Shown piece after piece: positions 23,412-33,834 of a DNA stretch of 64,000 bases. Both the position numbers and the translations under genes were made by a program. Every line of letters starts with the position of its first letter. Positions within the stretch are counted from its first letter, which is position 1. The notes beneath the pieces were generated by a model. The model made no database searches. It was not told the origin of the DNA and saw only the letters and a list, made by a program, of their open reading frames with translations. The stretch covers positions 124,001 through 188,000 of the forward strand of contig JAKMXF010000288.1 in NCBI GenBank assembly GCA_024704765.1. The letters run 5' to 3'. Source of the DNA: Oopsacas minuta (Eukaryota; Animalia; Porifera).

Positions 23412-26400
23412 ATGAAGAAATTATTTCTATTAATAACAACCTTACATCTTCTGGGTATTAATTGCCAAATAAGACGGGACTACATTATCAAAGGTAATGA
23501 TAGTTTTGATGAAAGTGATGTGAGATATTACGAATTCAATTTCGGTTCTAATTGGAGGGGACCTGAAGGGAGTGAAGGATGCATGAAGTTTGAATATGAA
23601 ATTCAGTTCGGTGAACCAGGAGAAACATTCTTTTTCATTCCACCTGGCGAGACCACTCCATTGGAAATTATTTTTCAAACGGGTCCAAGAGACTTTAACG
23701 AACTACCATACATTTTCGATTTGGAACGTCCACAAACAGATGCGAGAGTATGCGATCAAGTTGTAAAGAAAATTCCTGGCAACATAATCTGTGTACCTCA
23801 AGGTAACTCCGCTTGTAACGGGATGTACAGATATCTCGTAACAGTAGGGTCAGATTATGATGAAGCGTTTTCCAATATCGAATTTATCGGGGGCCTTGCT
23901 CCTCAACTTATAGTAGATGCAGCAGTGAACGTTGAGGGATCGAATTCGTTCTCTGGGAGACTTGGTGCAACCTTCCAAGTAGAAACAAACGGTGCTGACA
24001 CTGTAAGGATTGATGCAACTGATTTTCAAGGCGAACCACGTGGTAACATTGAGTGGCGCTTCATAGCACAAGGTACGAGTAATGAGATATCTCTACCAGG
24101 CTCATTAGTAGGAGCTACAGTGACTGGTAGTCAGGAAGATAGCAGTTTGACAGTTTCTGGTATTACCACTGTTCATCTGGGTGAATACATTGCAATAGCA
24201 ACGAATGAGCACGGATCAGACAGAGCTTCTGCCTTCATAACTCGAGGAGTAGGTCCATTTATAATCGAAGAATCAGGTCAGGCGAGTTCTAATTCATTTC
24301 GTGTTGGAGCAGACAGGGCAGTGGCTGGAGGAGAAGAAATAGAGATACGTGCAGAAGATCGGCTGTCCGATCCTAGCTCAACGATCACCTGGTCCTACTC
24401 CCGATCAGAATCAGGTCCATACTCAGCTATTAGTTCCGGGGGAAGCTACAGAATAGATTCTAGCGTTGGGGCGGATAACGTGGGCAGGGATTCGTTGCTA
24501 AGAATCATAAACGTACAGCCTGATCAATTCGGGTATTACAGAGCAGAGGCAGTTAATGAATTCGGTACTCATACATCCACGACATCTCTGATAGGAAGAC
24601 AACCTACGTTAGCTCTGGGGGCAGGGCTAGTTGCAGGGGGAAGTGGAGAAATAGGAAATACATTCGACAGCGCTTCCGGTACAATAACTATTCGTGCATT
24701 CGATATTAATGGATTCCCAGATAGTACATATACATGGCAACGAACTTCACCAACAGGCACTGTACAGCAAATTACCACTGGTGGTAGATACCGTATAACA
24801 AACTCTGTATCAGGAGGTAGACCTGTTTCCACCCTCACTATAACGGGAGTAACAGTTAACGAGCTGGGAACATACACTGTGGAAGCTTCTAATGTATTCG
24901 GGGATGTTGTAGGAGAATCCTTAGTGGGTACAGGCAGTACTTGTAGCAGTGGATCTGACATTGTACGAGTTATCAATCAGGGACAATATGAAAGTGGTTC
25001 ATATTTCGATACAACAACAAATGTGAATCGTTTCACAATAATTGCATCTGATCAATCTGGTGTCCCTCATGGCACGAGTTCATTCAGTTACTCCAGAACT
25101 CCAACCGGAAGTAGATCAGCTGTAGATACTGCGTATGCTATCACAGCAACACCTATTGGTGCACCAGGAACAATTGAGTTCTTCAACCTAGTTGATGGAG
25201 CATATGGATATTATTACGCTCAGTTAGCTAATCAGTTTGGAGATTCTGAGTGCTCCAATTTAGTAGGCGCACAGCTGGTGTTTCGCACAGGATCAGGACA
25301 GATAGGTCAGAATTATCAGCTGAGAGCTGGAGATAGTTTGTCTATCTCTGCTCAGTTTAGTGACGGATTTCCAGTCGGAGAGATCATATGGAGAGGTCCA
25401 AACGGTCAAATAATAACCCCCACTACACCTGGCTATACGATTGGACAAGGTCTGGGTTCTAGTATTTTAGTGATAAACTCAGCAAGAGATGGTACAGACT
25501 ACGGTCAATACACTGCTTCATCTAGCAATGTATTTGGACAAGTGACAAGAAGTTCCACTGTAAGCCAAACAATGGACACAGTAGCACCGACTATTGACGC
25601 GGGTTCCAGTGATACAGTTAACACAGGCGGTACCGGAAGGATCGGAGAATCATTTCAAGCCTCGTCAGGAGAAACTGTTACAATTCGAGCTAATGATATC
25701 ACGGGTGTCGAGGCAAGCGATTTCCGTTGGTGTAGAATAGCACCAGATGAAACTCAATGTCAGGACATAACAAACAATCCAGCATATACCATCTCAACAG
25801 TACAAAATCCAAGCGGTTTATCTGACAGTACATTAACGTTCCAAGTAGGTGCAGATACGTATGGTACATATAGAGCTGAAGCTATGAACAGTGCAGGGAC
25901 TGACGCAGCTATTTCTCAAGTTGGTCAGCCGCCTAGAGTAATAGATCGCTTCAATTTAATCACGATCTCAGCCGGATCGAGTAGGACTGTACCGGTTGGA
26001 GCGCAGATCGGCGTTGCAGAGAGTGGGTCTGTTACTTTGACAGCTACTGATGTTGACGGACAGCCAGGAAGACAGTTCGTCTGGACATACAGGAACGATC
26101 CAGATGGTCCCTTCCTTCCCCTACCAGCAAACCGAATTACGGAAAGTGTTGATGGAAATGTCGGGTCTTTAATCATAAACAGTATTGATAGATCTCAATA
26201 CGGTGAATACAGGGTGATTGCTACTAACCAATTTGGTGAGAGTACACCTGTTACAACCGTAGTAGGAGGTCCACCAATTATTAGGTTCTCAAGTGGGGTA
26301 GAGACGGATGGGGAAGGAGAAATTGGGAATAATTTCATAATTCCTTCAAACAGGAGATTGAGAATCACAGCTTGTATAATCGGGGGTTATCCACCAGCTG

Positions 26401-27524
26401 ACCCAGACGACTTCCGGTTTGAAGAAGAAGGTTCTGAATTGGAATCTGTACAACAACTACCACCAAACGATAACTGCTTTATCTATGAGGAGGGAGAATT
26501 TGAGATTATCTGCAGTACAACTATAACTGCCCGAACTGAAAATACATTCGGATCGAGTAACCAGCCAAGCTCTGAAATTACATTTCCTTCCCCCTTAATC
26601 GTGACAGGATCGTCTACTTGTAACCAAGGTAACATTGTGACGTCAGTACAGATTGGTTCAGACTTGTGTATCAATAGTCAAACATCATTTGATATAACTT
26701 GTTCAGTTGAAAACGTTCAAATCCCTGCTTTTTCATATGAATGGCGATTCAATGGGAATCCTATTACAACCGGGGTTACCCAAGATAGCGCAGCTATGAG
26801 TATTCTCAGTATATCAGCTGGTAGTGTTGACGATTCAGGTCGTTATACCTGTACTGTACAGAGTGTATGTGGAAATACGGATACAGCATCTACTGATGTA
26901 GATGTGTTTGAGTATATGTATGTATGTAATCAAAACGATTTAATAGCATGTTCAGGGAGTCGAAATGGGAGATCGTTTGTGACAGTTTCTATTAGCATTT
27001 GTGATGGCCTGCCTTTGGAAAGGCCAGTGTGTAGCCGGTGTAATTGGGAGATGAGTCAATGGAGTGTATGTTCAGACCCAGATTGCCATAGAGGTAGGAG
27101 AACACGAACAGTACAGTGTAATTGTGAAGGAGAAATCACTGTAGATACCAGATGTCTACTAAGATCTCCGAGGCCAGATGGCATACTAAAGTGTGGGCCA
27201 GCAGGCGTCAGGTGTAACCGGCCGTTTACATGGAAAGCGTACCAATTCGGGACCTGCTCTCGGACATGCGGTGATTCAATCCGCAGTAGAAAGGTCGAAT
27301 GTGTATCTACAATTACAGGAAATGGCGTCAGTGACAGTGAGTGTTTTGCCCTATCAAAACCCAGTGAAACAATTTCATGTTTTACTCAACCTTGTGATTC
27401 TTGTGTCAATCGTTTGTCAGATAGTGACTGTCGTATATTTATAGATATCGTAGAAGGATGTAATTACCCCGCTTTCAATGTACGTTATGAATGTTGTCAA
27501 ACTTGTAGTGACATGGGGTTGTGA
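23412..27524 (+). CDS. Secreted extracellular-matrix-like protein: signal peptide, unknown N-domain, ~9 Ig-like domains, 2 TSP1 repeats, PLAC domain (ADAMTSL/papilin-like C-terminus); single exon
   Basis: Signal peptide MKKLFLLITTLHLLGINC, repeated W...S.LTI.....G.Y.A.A.N.FG Ig I-set units, WSVCSDPDCHRGRRTRTVQC and FGTCSRTCGDSIRSRKVEC TSP1 repeats, and a terminal C..DC..C....CCQTC PLAC pattern. Confidence 0.85.
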   Translation: MKKLFLLITTLHLLGINCQIRRDYIIKGNDSFDESDVRYYEFNFGSNWRGPEGSEGCMKFEYEIQFGEPGETFFFIPPGETTPLEIIFQTGPRDFNELPYIFDLERPQTDARVCDQVVKKIPGNIICVPQGNSACNGMYRYLVTVGSDYDEAFSNIEFIGGLAPQLIVDAAVNVEGSNSFSGRLGATFQVETNGADTVRIDATDFQGEPRGNIEWRFIAQGTSNEISLPGSLVGATVTGSQEDSSLTVSGITTVHLGEYIAIATNEHGSDRASAFITRGVGPFIIEESGQASSNSFRVGADRAVAGGEEIEIRAEDRLSDPSSTITWSYSRSESGPYSAISSGGSYRIDSSVGADNVGRDSLLRIINVQPDQFGYYRAEAVNEFGTHTSTTSLIGRQPTLALGAGLVAGGSGEIGNTFDSASGTITIRAFDINGFPDSTYTWQRTSPTGTVQQITTGGRYRITNSVSGGRPVSTLTITGVTVNELGTYTVEASNVFGDVVGESLVGTGSTCSSGSDIVRVINQGQYESGSYFDTTTNVNRFTIIASDQSGVPHGTSSFSYSRTPTGSRSAVDTAYAITATPIGAPGTIEFFNLVDGAYGYYYAQLANQFGDSECSNLVGAQLVFRTGSGQIGQNYQLRAGDSLSISAQFSDGFPVGEIIWRGPNGQIITPTTPGYTIGQGLGSSILVINSARDGTDYGQYTASSSNVFGQVTRSSTVSQTMDTVAPTIDAGSSDTVNTGGTGRIGESFQASSGETVTIRANDITGVEASDFRWCRIAPDETQCQDITNNPAYTISTVQNPSGLSDSTLTFQVGADTYGTYRAEAMNSAGTDAAISQVGQPPRVIDRFNLITISAGSSRTVPVGAQIGVAESGSVTLTATDVDGQPGRQFVWTYRNDPDGPFLPLPANRITESVDGNVGSLIINSIDRSQYGEYRVIATNQFGESTPVTTVVGGPPIIRFSSGVETDGEGEIGNNFIIPSNRRLRITACIIGGYPPADPDDFRFEEEGSELESVQQLPPNDNCFIYEEGEFEIICSTTITARTENTFGSSNQPSSEITFPSPLIVTGSSTCNQGNIVTSVQIGSDLCINSQTSFDITCSVENVQIPAFSYEWRFNGNPITTGVTQDSAAMSILSISAGSVDDSGRYTCTVQSVCGNTDTASTDVDVFEYMYVCNQNDLIACSGSRNGRSFVTVSISICDGLPLERPVCSRCNWEMSQWSVCSDPDCHRGRRTRTVQCNCEGEITVDTRCLLRSPRPDGILKCGPAGVRCNRPFTWKAYQFGTCSRTCGDSIRSRKVECVSTITGNGVSDSECFALSKPSETISCFTQPCDSCVNRLSDSDCRIFIDIVEGCNYPAFNVRYECCQTCSDMGL

Positions 27525-28180
27525 TATATTTTGTATTTTGTGTTAATATTTAGATTATATTTGGTAAATCATAACCTGTATCAAAGTTCGGACATGAAGA
27601 AGGGAACAAATGGGGCATTTGCAACGGGGTTGCCAGATCCTGGGACTGCTTATGATTAAAAGAAGGGTCGAGATTTTGCCTTTAAAATATTCAAAGATGT
27701 TTAAAGACAAAACCCAATGCCCAGAAAGCTTGCCTAATAATTCCACAGTTACCTGCGTGTATATATTCAGTTTGTTGGCTGAAACACAAAATAGGTTGTA
27801 ACTTCGTATATATAATATCTATTTATACTAAAAACGATCTAATCGCACAAATAAATGTCAATATTAACTTCTTTACATTTGAAACAGCCTCTGAGATATG
27901 AGTCATTATCCATCTTTACCAAATCAAACAATAGTCATAATTATTTGTAAATATTAAGAACTGTAAAATAAACACAACACACTTTATAATATAAACTTAA
28001 ACACATTCAATATACATAAGTTGACACAATTTCAAGGCATTGTAAGCTAGTATCACTCAATTATCAAAAATAGCCCTGGCGTAGTATATCGAAACAAAAC
28101 AGATAAACAAGGTATAAGATGTGCTAAAAATATTAAGAATGAATCCTAGATATCATTGACCCAAAATATTTGAAAAAAGA

Positions 28181-28909
28181 TTACAAATTCTCCAATTCTT
28201 CTAGTAATTGAGCACTTTCAAGTTTCGCTTCTTCCAACTTATTGGTAGCTTTTTCAATGTCACATTCTAACTGATCCCTTGTACATAGCAGAGTTTCCAC
28301 TTGTTCTTCAATAATTTCATGTTCTTTCTTTCTCTTTGTGAGCGTGTCTGCGCGTTGTGAAACCTGATTACGTAGATTTCCCCCTGCTCCCGTGATAGTC
28401 ATGCGACTTGATGAGATAGACTGGCGTATAGCGGTAGCATCTGCTAAGTCCGTGTTTAGCTCTGCAAGTTGGTCTTTTAGCATGTTATTGTTCTCTTCTG
28501 CCGTGTCAAGATCTTGTTCGTACATGTTTATACTGTTTTCTCTATCAGCTATTTCAGCTAGAAGTTCGGCTAACTTGTCTTTGTTATTCATTATTTTTGT
28601 TTGTAAACCAGATGTACCAACTTGTGATTGATCTTTCGATCGCATAATCTTTCTCAAATTTCGTTCTATTTCCTCTTCATCGTCTATTAATTTTTTCCGC
28701 TCACTTTTAAGACCAATCAATTCTTCTTCCGAAGTTTCAAGATCATCTTCAGCTGTCTCTAGTGAAGCTTTTTGATCTTTTATGTTTTCACTTAGTTTCT
28801 CGATTTTTTCTACCTTTGCTTGAACCTCTAATTTGCATTTGTCCCTTTTTTCCTTTGCTCTGTCTATATTCTCTTGCAAAGCATGAATTTTTTGCTTCAC
28901 TTTTTCCAT
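28181..28909 (-). CDS. Tropomyosin-like continuous coiled-coil protein (242 aa), intronless
   Basis: N-terminus MEKVKQKIHALQENIDRAKEKRD resembles the tropomyosin start MDAIKKKMQ. It has heptad periodicity throughout and no proline, and its length matches short non-bilaterian tropomyosins. Confidence 0.6.
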   Translation of the reverse strand: MEKVKQKIHALQENIDRAKEKRDKCKLEVQAKVEKIEKLSENIKDQKASLETAEDDLETSEEELIGLKSERKKLIDDEEEIERNLRKIMRSKDQSQVGTSGLQTKIMNNKDKLAELLAEIADRENSINMYEQDLDTAEENNNMLKDQLAELNTDLADATAIRQSISSSRMTITGAGGNLRNQVSQRADTLTKRKKEHEIIEEQVETLLCTRDQLECDIEKATNKLEEAKLESAQLLEELENL

Positions 28910-29285
28910 TCAGTTGAATTAAATATTTTTTAGTAATCCTACTAGAAAATGTAATTATATATTAAGCGAGCATACAATAGGAGTATGAAGCTAACCAAAT
29001 ATCATTGTCAACTAGTCCTTATGTACGTACTTACTTATTTTGTCATTATTATTAAAGTGAATACATTTCAGGTTATATGTGTTTCTATGGAGATTTAATG
29101 GATTCAATGCTAAAGTACAATTTGATACTACATTGGAATTTTAGGTAGAAACTGAGACAAAAGAATTATTATATTATGTTAATAAACAACTGTTAGCTCT
29201 TTGGAGTGTATTGTTGTTGTTGTTTATTTCATTTTGATATTCAAATGGATATTATTAGAAATATTATTCAACTAACTATCAACTG

Positions 29286-29434
29286 AGTCAACTCCCATTA
29301 TATCGAAGCTCAAGGGGCCGCGAAAATTACTTCAATATAACCGATGGAACATAAGTTACTTCGACGGTTTGGGACCATATTTTGACAATTACAGACTTCG
29401 AGATATCTGTGTTAGATATAGCGGGAGTTGACTG
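29286..29434. mobile_element. MITE family A, internally deleted copy
   Basis: GAGTCAACTCCCATTATATCGAAGCTCAAGGG...GGGAGTTGACTG|TA. Confidence 0.8.
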
Positions 29435-29455
29435 TAACATATAACAGTAATAAAA

Positions 29456-30088
29456 TCATGTATCAGATACTGAATTGGGAACATTCTTATCTTGTTTGAG
29501 AGATTCTATTTCACAATTCGCATCTCTAAGCTTCTCATTAGCTGACGATACCTGTTCTGATAAAGTTAATATTAATTCAGAATATACTGCTCCATTCTCT
29601 AATTCAGGATTAGATTTTTCGTATTTGTGTAATTTGTTTAATAAATTCGCATTTTCTAATTGTATCTCAGATATATTTTCTCTTAACTCGTAGATTATCA
29701 GAGCTGTCTCGGCTCGTATGCTTGCCGTCTTGGAACGAGATTTAACCAATTTCTGCTCGAAACTACGTTTCGTGTCGGCAAGTTCATTCCGAATATTACT
29801 CAATTCATTTTCAAGTTTTTCAATCAATTTTTGTTGAGCTTTAACAAGATTTGGTGAAGATATCGTATTCATAACTTCAGCGCTTTTAACTTGTATTTCT
29901 GAAGTATTATCTTGCTGAGGGGATAATTCCGGATTTTTTAGTAAGGTTGTCTCATCTTGATTAGGAAAATGTTCATGTGTTGGAGAACTTGGTTTTTCAC
30001 AAAATTCTGTACATTTTAACGGTCTTTTAATGTGGATCTCAGAAACTTGATTACTTCGCTTGCTGAAACTCCGTATACGGTTACCCAT
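29456..30088 (-). CDS. Coiled-coil protein with N-myristoylation-like start; CCDC192-like
   Basis: MGNRIRS fits MGxxxS. The coiled-coil segments QKLIEKLENEL...ETALIIYELRENI and ELILTLSEQVS resemble my recollection of vertebrate CCDC192 (not verified). Confidence 0.6.
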   Translation of the reverse strand: MGNRIRSFSKRSNQVSEIHIKRPLKCTEFCEKPSSPTHEHFPNQDETTLLKNPELSPQQDNTSEIQVKSAEVMNTISSPNLVKAQQKLIEKLENELSNIRNELADTKRSFEQKLVKSRSKTASIRAETALIIYELRENISEIQLENANLLNKLHKYEKSNPELENGAVYSELILTLSEQVSSANEKLRDANCEIESLKQDKNVPNSVSDT

Positions 30089-30754
30089 TGTAGATAGATT
30101 TTAATTAGAAAATTGGTAATGAACAGTTGTTCGAAACCAACAAATGTGTTGTAAGGTTATGAAGTGGTTATTTGAATTCTATTATCGATGAATAGAAGTC
30201 TATGATTCTATTATGGAAAGTTTATGTAAGAAATATTGGAAAAGAACTTGCTTTGTGTGCGGTAGAGAGATAAGAGATCAGCTGATTGTTACAAATATAT
30301 TGGTGTAGTTTGAGTAAATACACAAGCGAATAACTAGAATGCTGAATCATGAATGAAATAAAATACACATAAAATGTAGGAAAATAGAATATCGCAGAGT
30401 TCGTTAATGAAGACACCGATAAAGGAGTCAAATATAGAACCCTACAAATATGTACTAAATATTTGTGTGAAGAAATGTTGGGAAATTGACATTCTAAGAA
30501 AATTAGTATCGACATGGTAGAGGTCGCAACGGGACGAATTTTCGTCCCAAGTTATTACAGTCAACTCCAGTTATATCGAAGCTATAGGGACCGCGATAAT
30601 TACCCCAGTATGCGCGGGTATTCTGGGGCGTATGTAGAGACCCCCCCCTTGACTCTACATAAATAAACAAAACATTTGAACCTTAATCCTTGAGAATAAC
30701 ATGCCTACAATATGTCAGTACTAGAATAAAACTCTAAAATTGTAATAAGCTAGT

Positions 30755-32764
30755 CTAATCCTGGGAAAAAGATTCCTGAATCATTTCAATTTTCTTACCG
30801 CTATTTATTTCCCCCCAACCGATCAAACGCCAGTGATTATCAATTTTACGACTCAATGCTATTTTTTCGTGGACTTCTGTACATACCGGTAAGTTGAGTA
30901 GGATCTTGGCTAACTCCTGCCGGACGCCAGTGACTTTCCCCCCGGTTGAAAGAGAACCAATGTTAACCATCAATACGTCACCTTTCGTCAATTTCTGAAT
31001 TCTAGCTCCACGCTTATCTCCCTCCATACGTACACCTAATAACCTCTTCAATAGAAAATAACTGATTTCTATCTCAGAATATACATCAGGAAGAGACTTA
31101 ACAGCTCCCAAAACTTGGCCTACGAGTTTATCAGATCTGCAAAGCATTGGATCTATCAGTGTACCTACTCCGATTAATCCACCAGGAACAGCGTATTGTA
31201 ATTCATTATTCTCAGCGAATAACGAAATTATCCGTGAATACAAAGGGGTAAAAACTGTCTTATCTTCCAAAACTTTTACAATACCAGGCCGTACCTCTAT
31301 CTTCTGTCCCAGACGGAACACTCCCTTTAGAATAGAGCCCCCTGCCACGCCCCCTTTCAAATCCTCTACCCCGCAACCAGGTCGATTCACATCAAAAGAT
31401 CGGATAATTATCAATCTTGGTTCAGAGGTAAAATCGCGTATCGGAAGTGGAATATTCTTACAAATATACTCACAAATAACTTCTATGTTGAATTTGAGCT
31501 GTGCGGAGATTGGTATTACCGGTGCATCAGCTGCAATAGTACCATGGATGAATTTCTGTATTTGGCTATGTTGTTCTTTTGCTTGTTTCTCTTCCACTAG
31601 ATCTATTTTATTCTGTAATATTATGATATGTTTTAACTTCATTATGTCTATAGCTGCTAAATGTTCTGAGGTTTGAGGCTGTGGGCAAGTTTCATTCCCT
31701 GCGATTATCAAAAGAGCCGCGTCCATTACAGCAGCACCGTTTAACATTGTAGCCATCAATATGTCATGACCTGGACAGTCTACAAAGGAGACGTGTCGTG
31801 TTAAGTGCATCATACCTATGTGGCAAGAAGGACACTCAAATGTGTCTTCTTTAGCTGAGCCAGCTGACATATAACTGGAGGGTCTCGGACAGTTATCATG
31901 GTCACATTTGTAAATCTTCGCATTTGCATAACTAAAATATAAAGATAAATTACAAAATAATGGAGAGTTTAAGCAAGTCAATTTCTGTTATATCCAAACT
32001 GAAGTGACCGCGATAAATATTTCGATATGACCGATGAGTTGCTTCGACGGTTTGGGACCATATTTGTACAATTTCAGACTTCAATTCAAGCGGGTATGCA
32101 ACAAAAAAGGTGACAATTACGTAATGATTTCGTAGATGTTACTTTTCGTTCAATTGAACTTGTTCATGCTGGTGCGAACCACGCCAAAAATTAACCTTAA
32201 TTCTTCCAGTTTCAATCAATTCTGTATACAGCGAACGCCAGTTATACAAACACCGGATGTAAAAAACATAAGCATCATCCTCTGGAAAACGGTAATCATA
32301 TATTCCTGTACATTTTATGCCGGTTATAAGAAAATGTATTGCTACTCCCAAGGGCGTTCTTATTGCCAGCATCCACTGTATTAGCGAAAGTTAGAAAAAT
32401 CGCCAATCACTTACCCTAACTTGATAGTAATGTTCTTTTTTATCTCAATTGTAAATCTAACGGTCTGTACACCAGAAATAGCCTTTACAACAGTAGATTT
32501 TCCATGTGCTACATGACCTATTGTACCTATGTTTATGGTAGCTTGTCTACTAATTACTTCTGGGGTAATTACATGAAGTTTTGTAACGTCAAGTTTACTG
32601 AGATCTTGTATAGCTAGTTTTGTTTTTGAGAGAGGATCTTCTTCGTGTATACTCGGGTCTTCATCCACAGTATTGTTTTCTTCGATTTCTCCTGGGTCAG
32701 GGTCTTGCTCAATTTCTCCAGTTTTATTTGCGGAATTATCAACAAAATCTAAGTTATTTGCCAT
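30755..32764 (-). CDS. EIF2S3: Eukaryotic translation initiation factor 2 subunit gamma; exons 32764-32415 and 31931-30755
   Basis: [24 protein letters not shown]|YANAKIYKC (GG|gtaagt...ag|T), [27 protein letters not shown], and HWRLIGWG. Confidence 0.97.
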
Positions 32765-33834
32765 TTGAGTTTCTTTGAATTTGAATTGAATAGGGACTAG
32801 CTGACAATTATAATCTAACTTTTGCAATATTTCATTAATCAAATATATAATGCGAGACATATTTACTTAACCGAGACTTTCTTAACTAACTTTACACGGG
32901 ACATATTCCCAAATAAGCAAGTTGCAAATTATCGATAATTCCTAATTTCCGACACTAGTGGCATTTGAATTTCAGATTTCATCGAAATATGCTACACCTA
33001 ATCTGGAAATTTCCAAAAAGGATCAGCCCTTAATTCAGTAATCGGAAACTCCGATTATTGCATTACTCAGACAAACTGTTGAAACGAACGTATTCCAATT
33101 AGCCAAGTAGTCTGTCTATTCAACAGTTACCAAAAACATCCATTTGCACATGGACAGCCCACTTGATCTGAAAATTGGTATTACAGTCTATAGAGAAGGT
33201 ACACAGAACGTGTTAAAATTGGTATAGGGAGGGTCTACGAGTGAATAAAGTTGGAAACCTCTGGATTAAACAAATGCTAACAACCATTTACCATTATGTA
33301 AGAAGAGAGTACAAAATTACTTCATATTATCCTCGCATGAATATCTACTAATGCAATACACATATTATAGCAAAAATGATTGCGTAACACTGACACAATT
33401 ATTATGTAAATGATTAGAAGTATGTAATTAATATTAACTGGAATAATTCTATATTTAGCCCTGTACAAATACCTAAGGGATAGACATTCCAACAAGGCCC
33501 CCCCCTAGGCCTTGAGAGTGTGAATTGTGTCCAAATAAAAGAGGGTGTCTTCCAGCATTAAATAAACAAATTAAATATCAAAATAATCTCAATATTGAAT
33601 TTCCAAAAAACTTTACATATCAAGATAACAGCAGAATAGTAATAATCAGTTTGCCATGATAAGACAATTAGAAATGTGAACAGTTAAAGCACCATAGAAT
33701 AAGTATTAGAATTCACTGCATTTGCTCAGAGATAGGAAAATGTACGTACGTGTTTTGAACAAGCAAATGGCTGTACAACTTTGTTGCATGCACTTTATAA
33801 GAGATCAAAGTGAAATGTATGTATTGTATTATTT

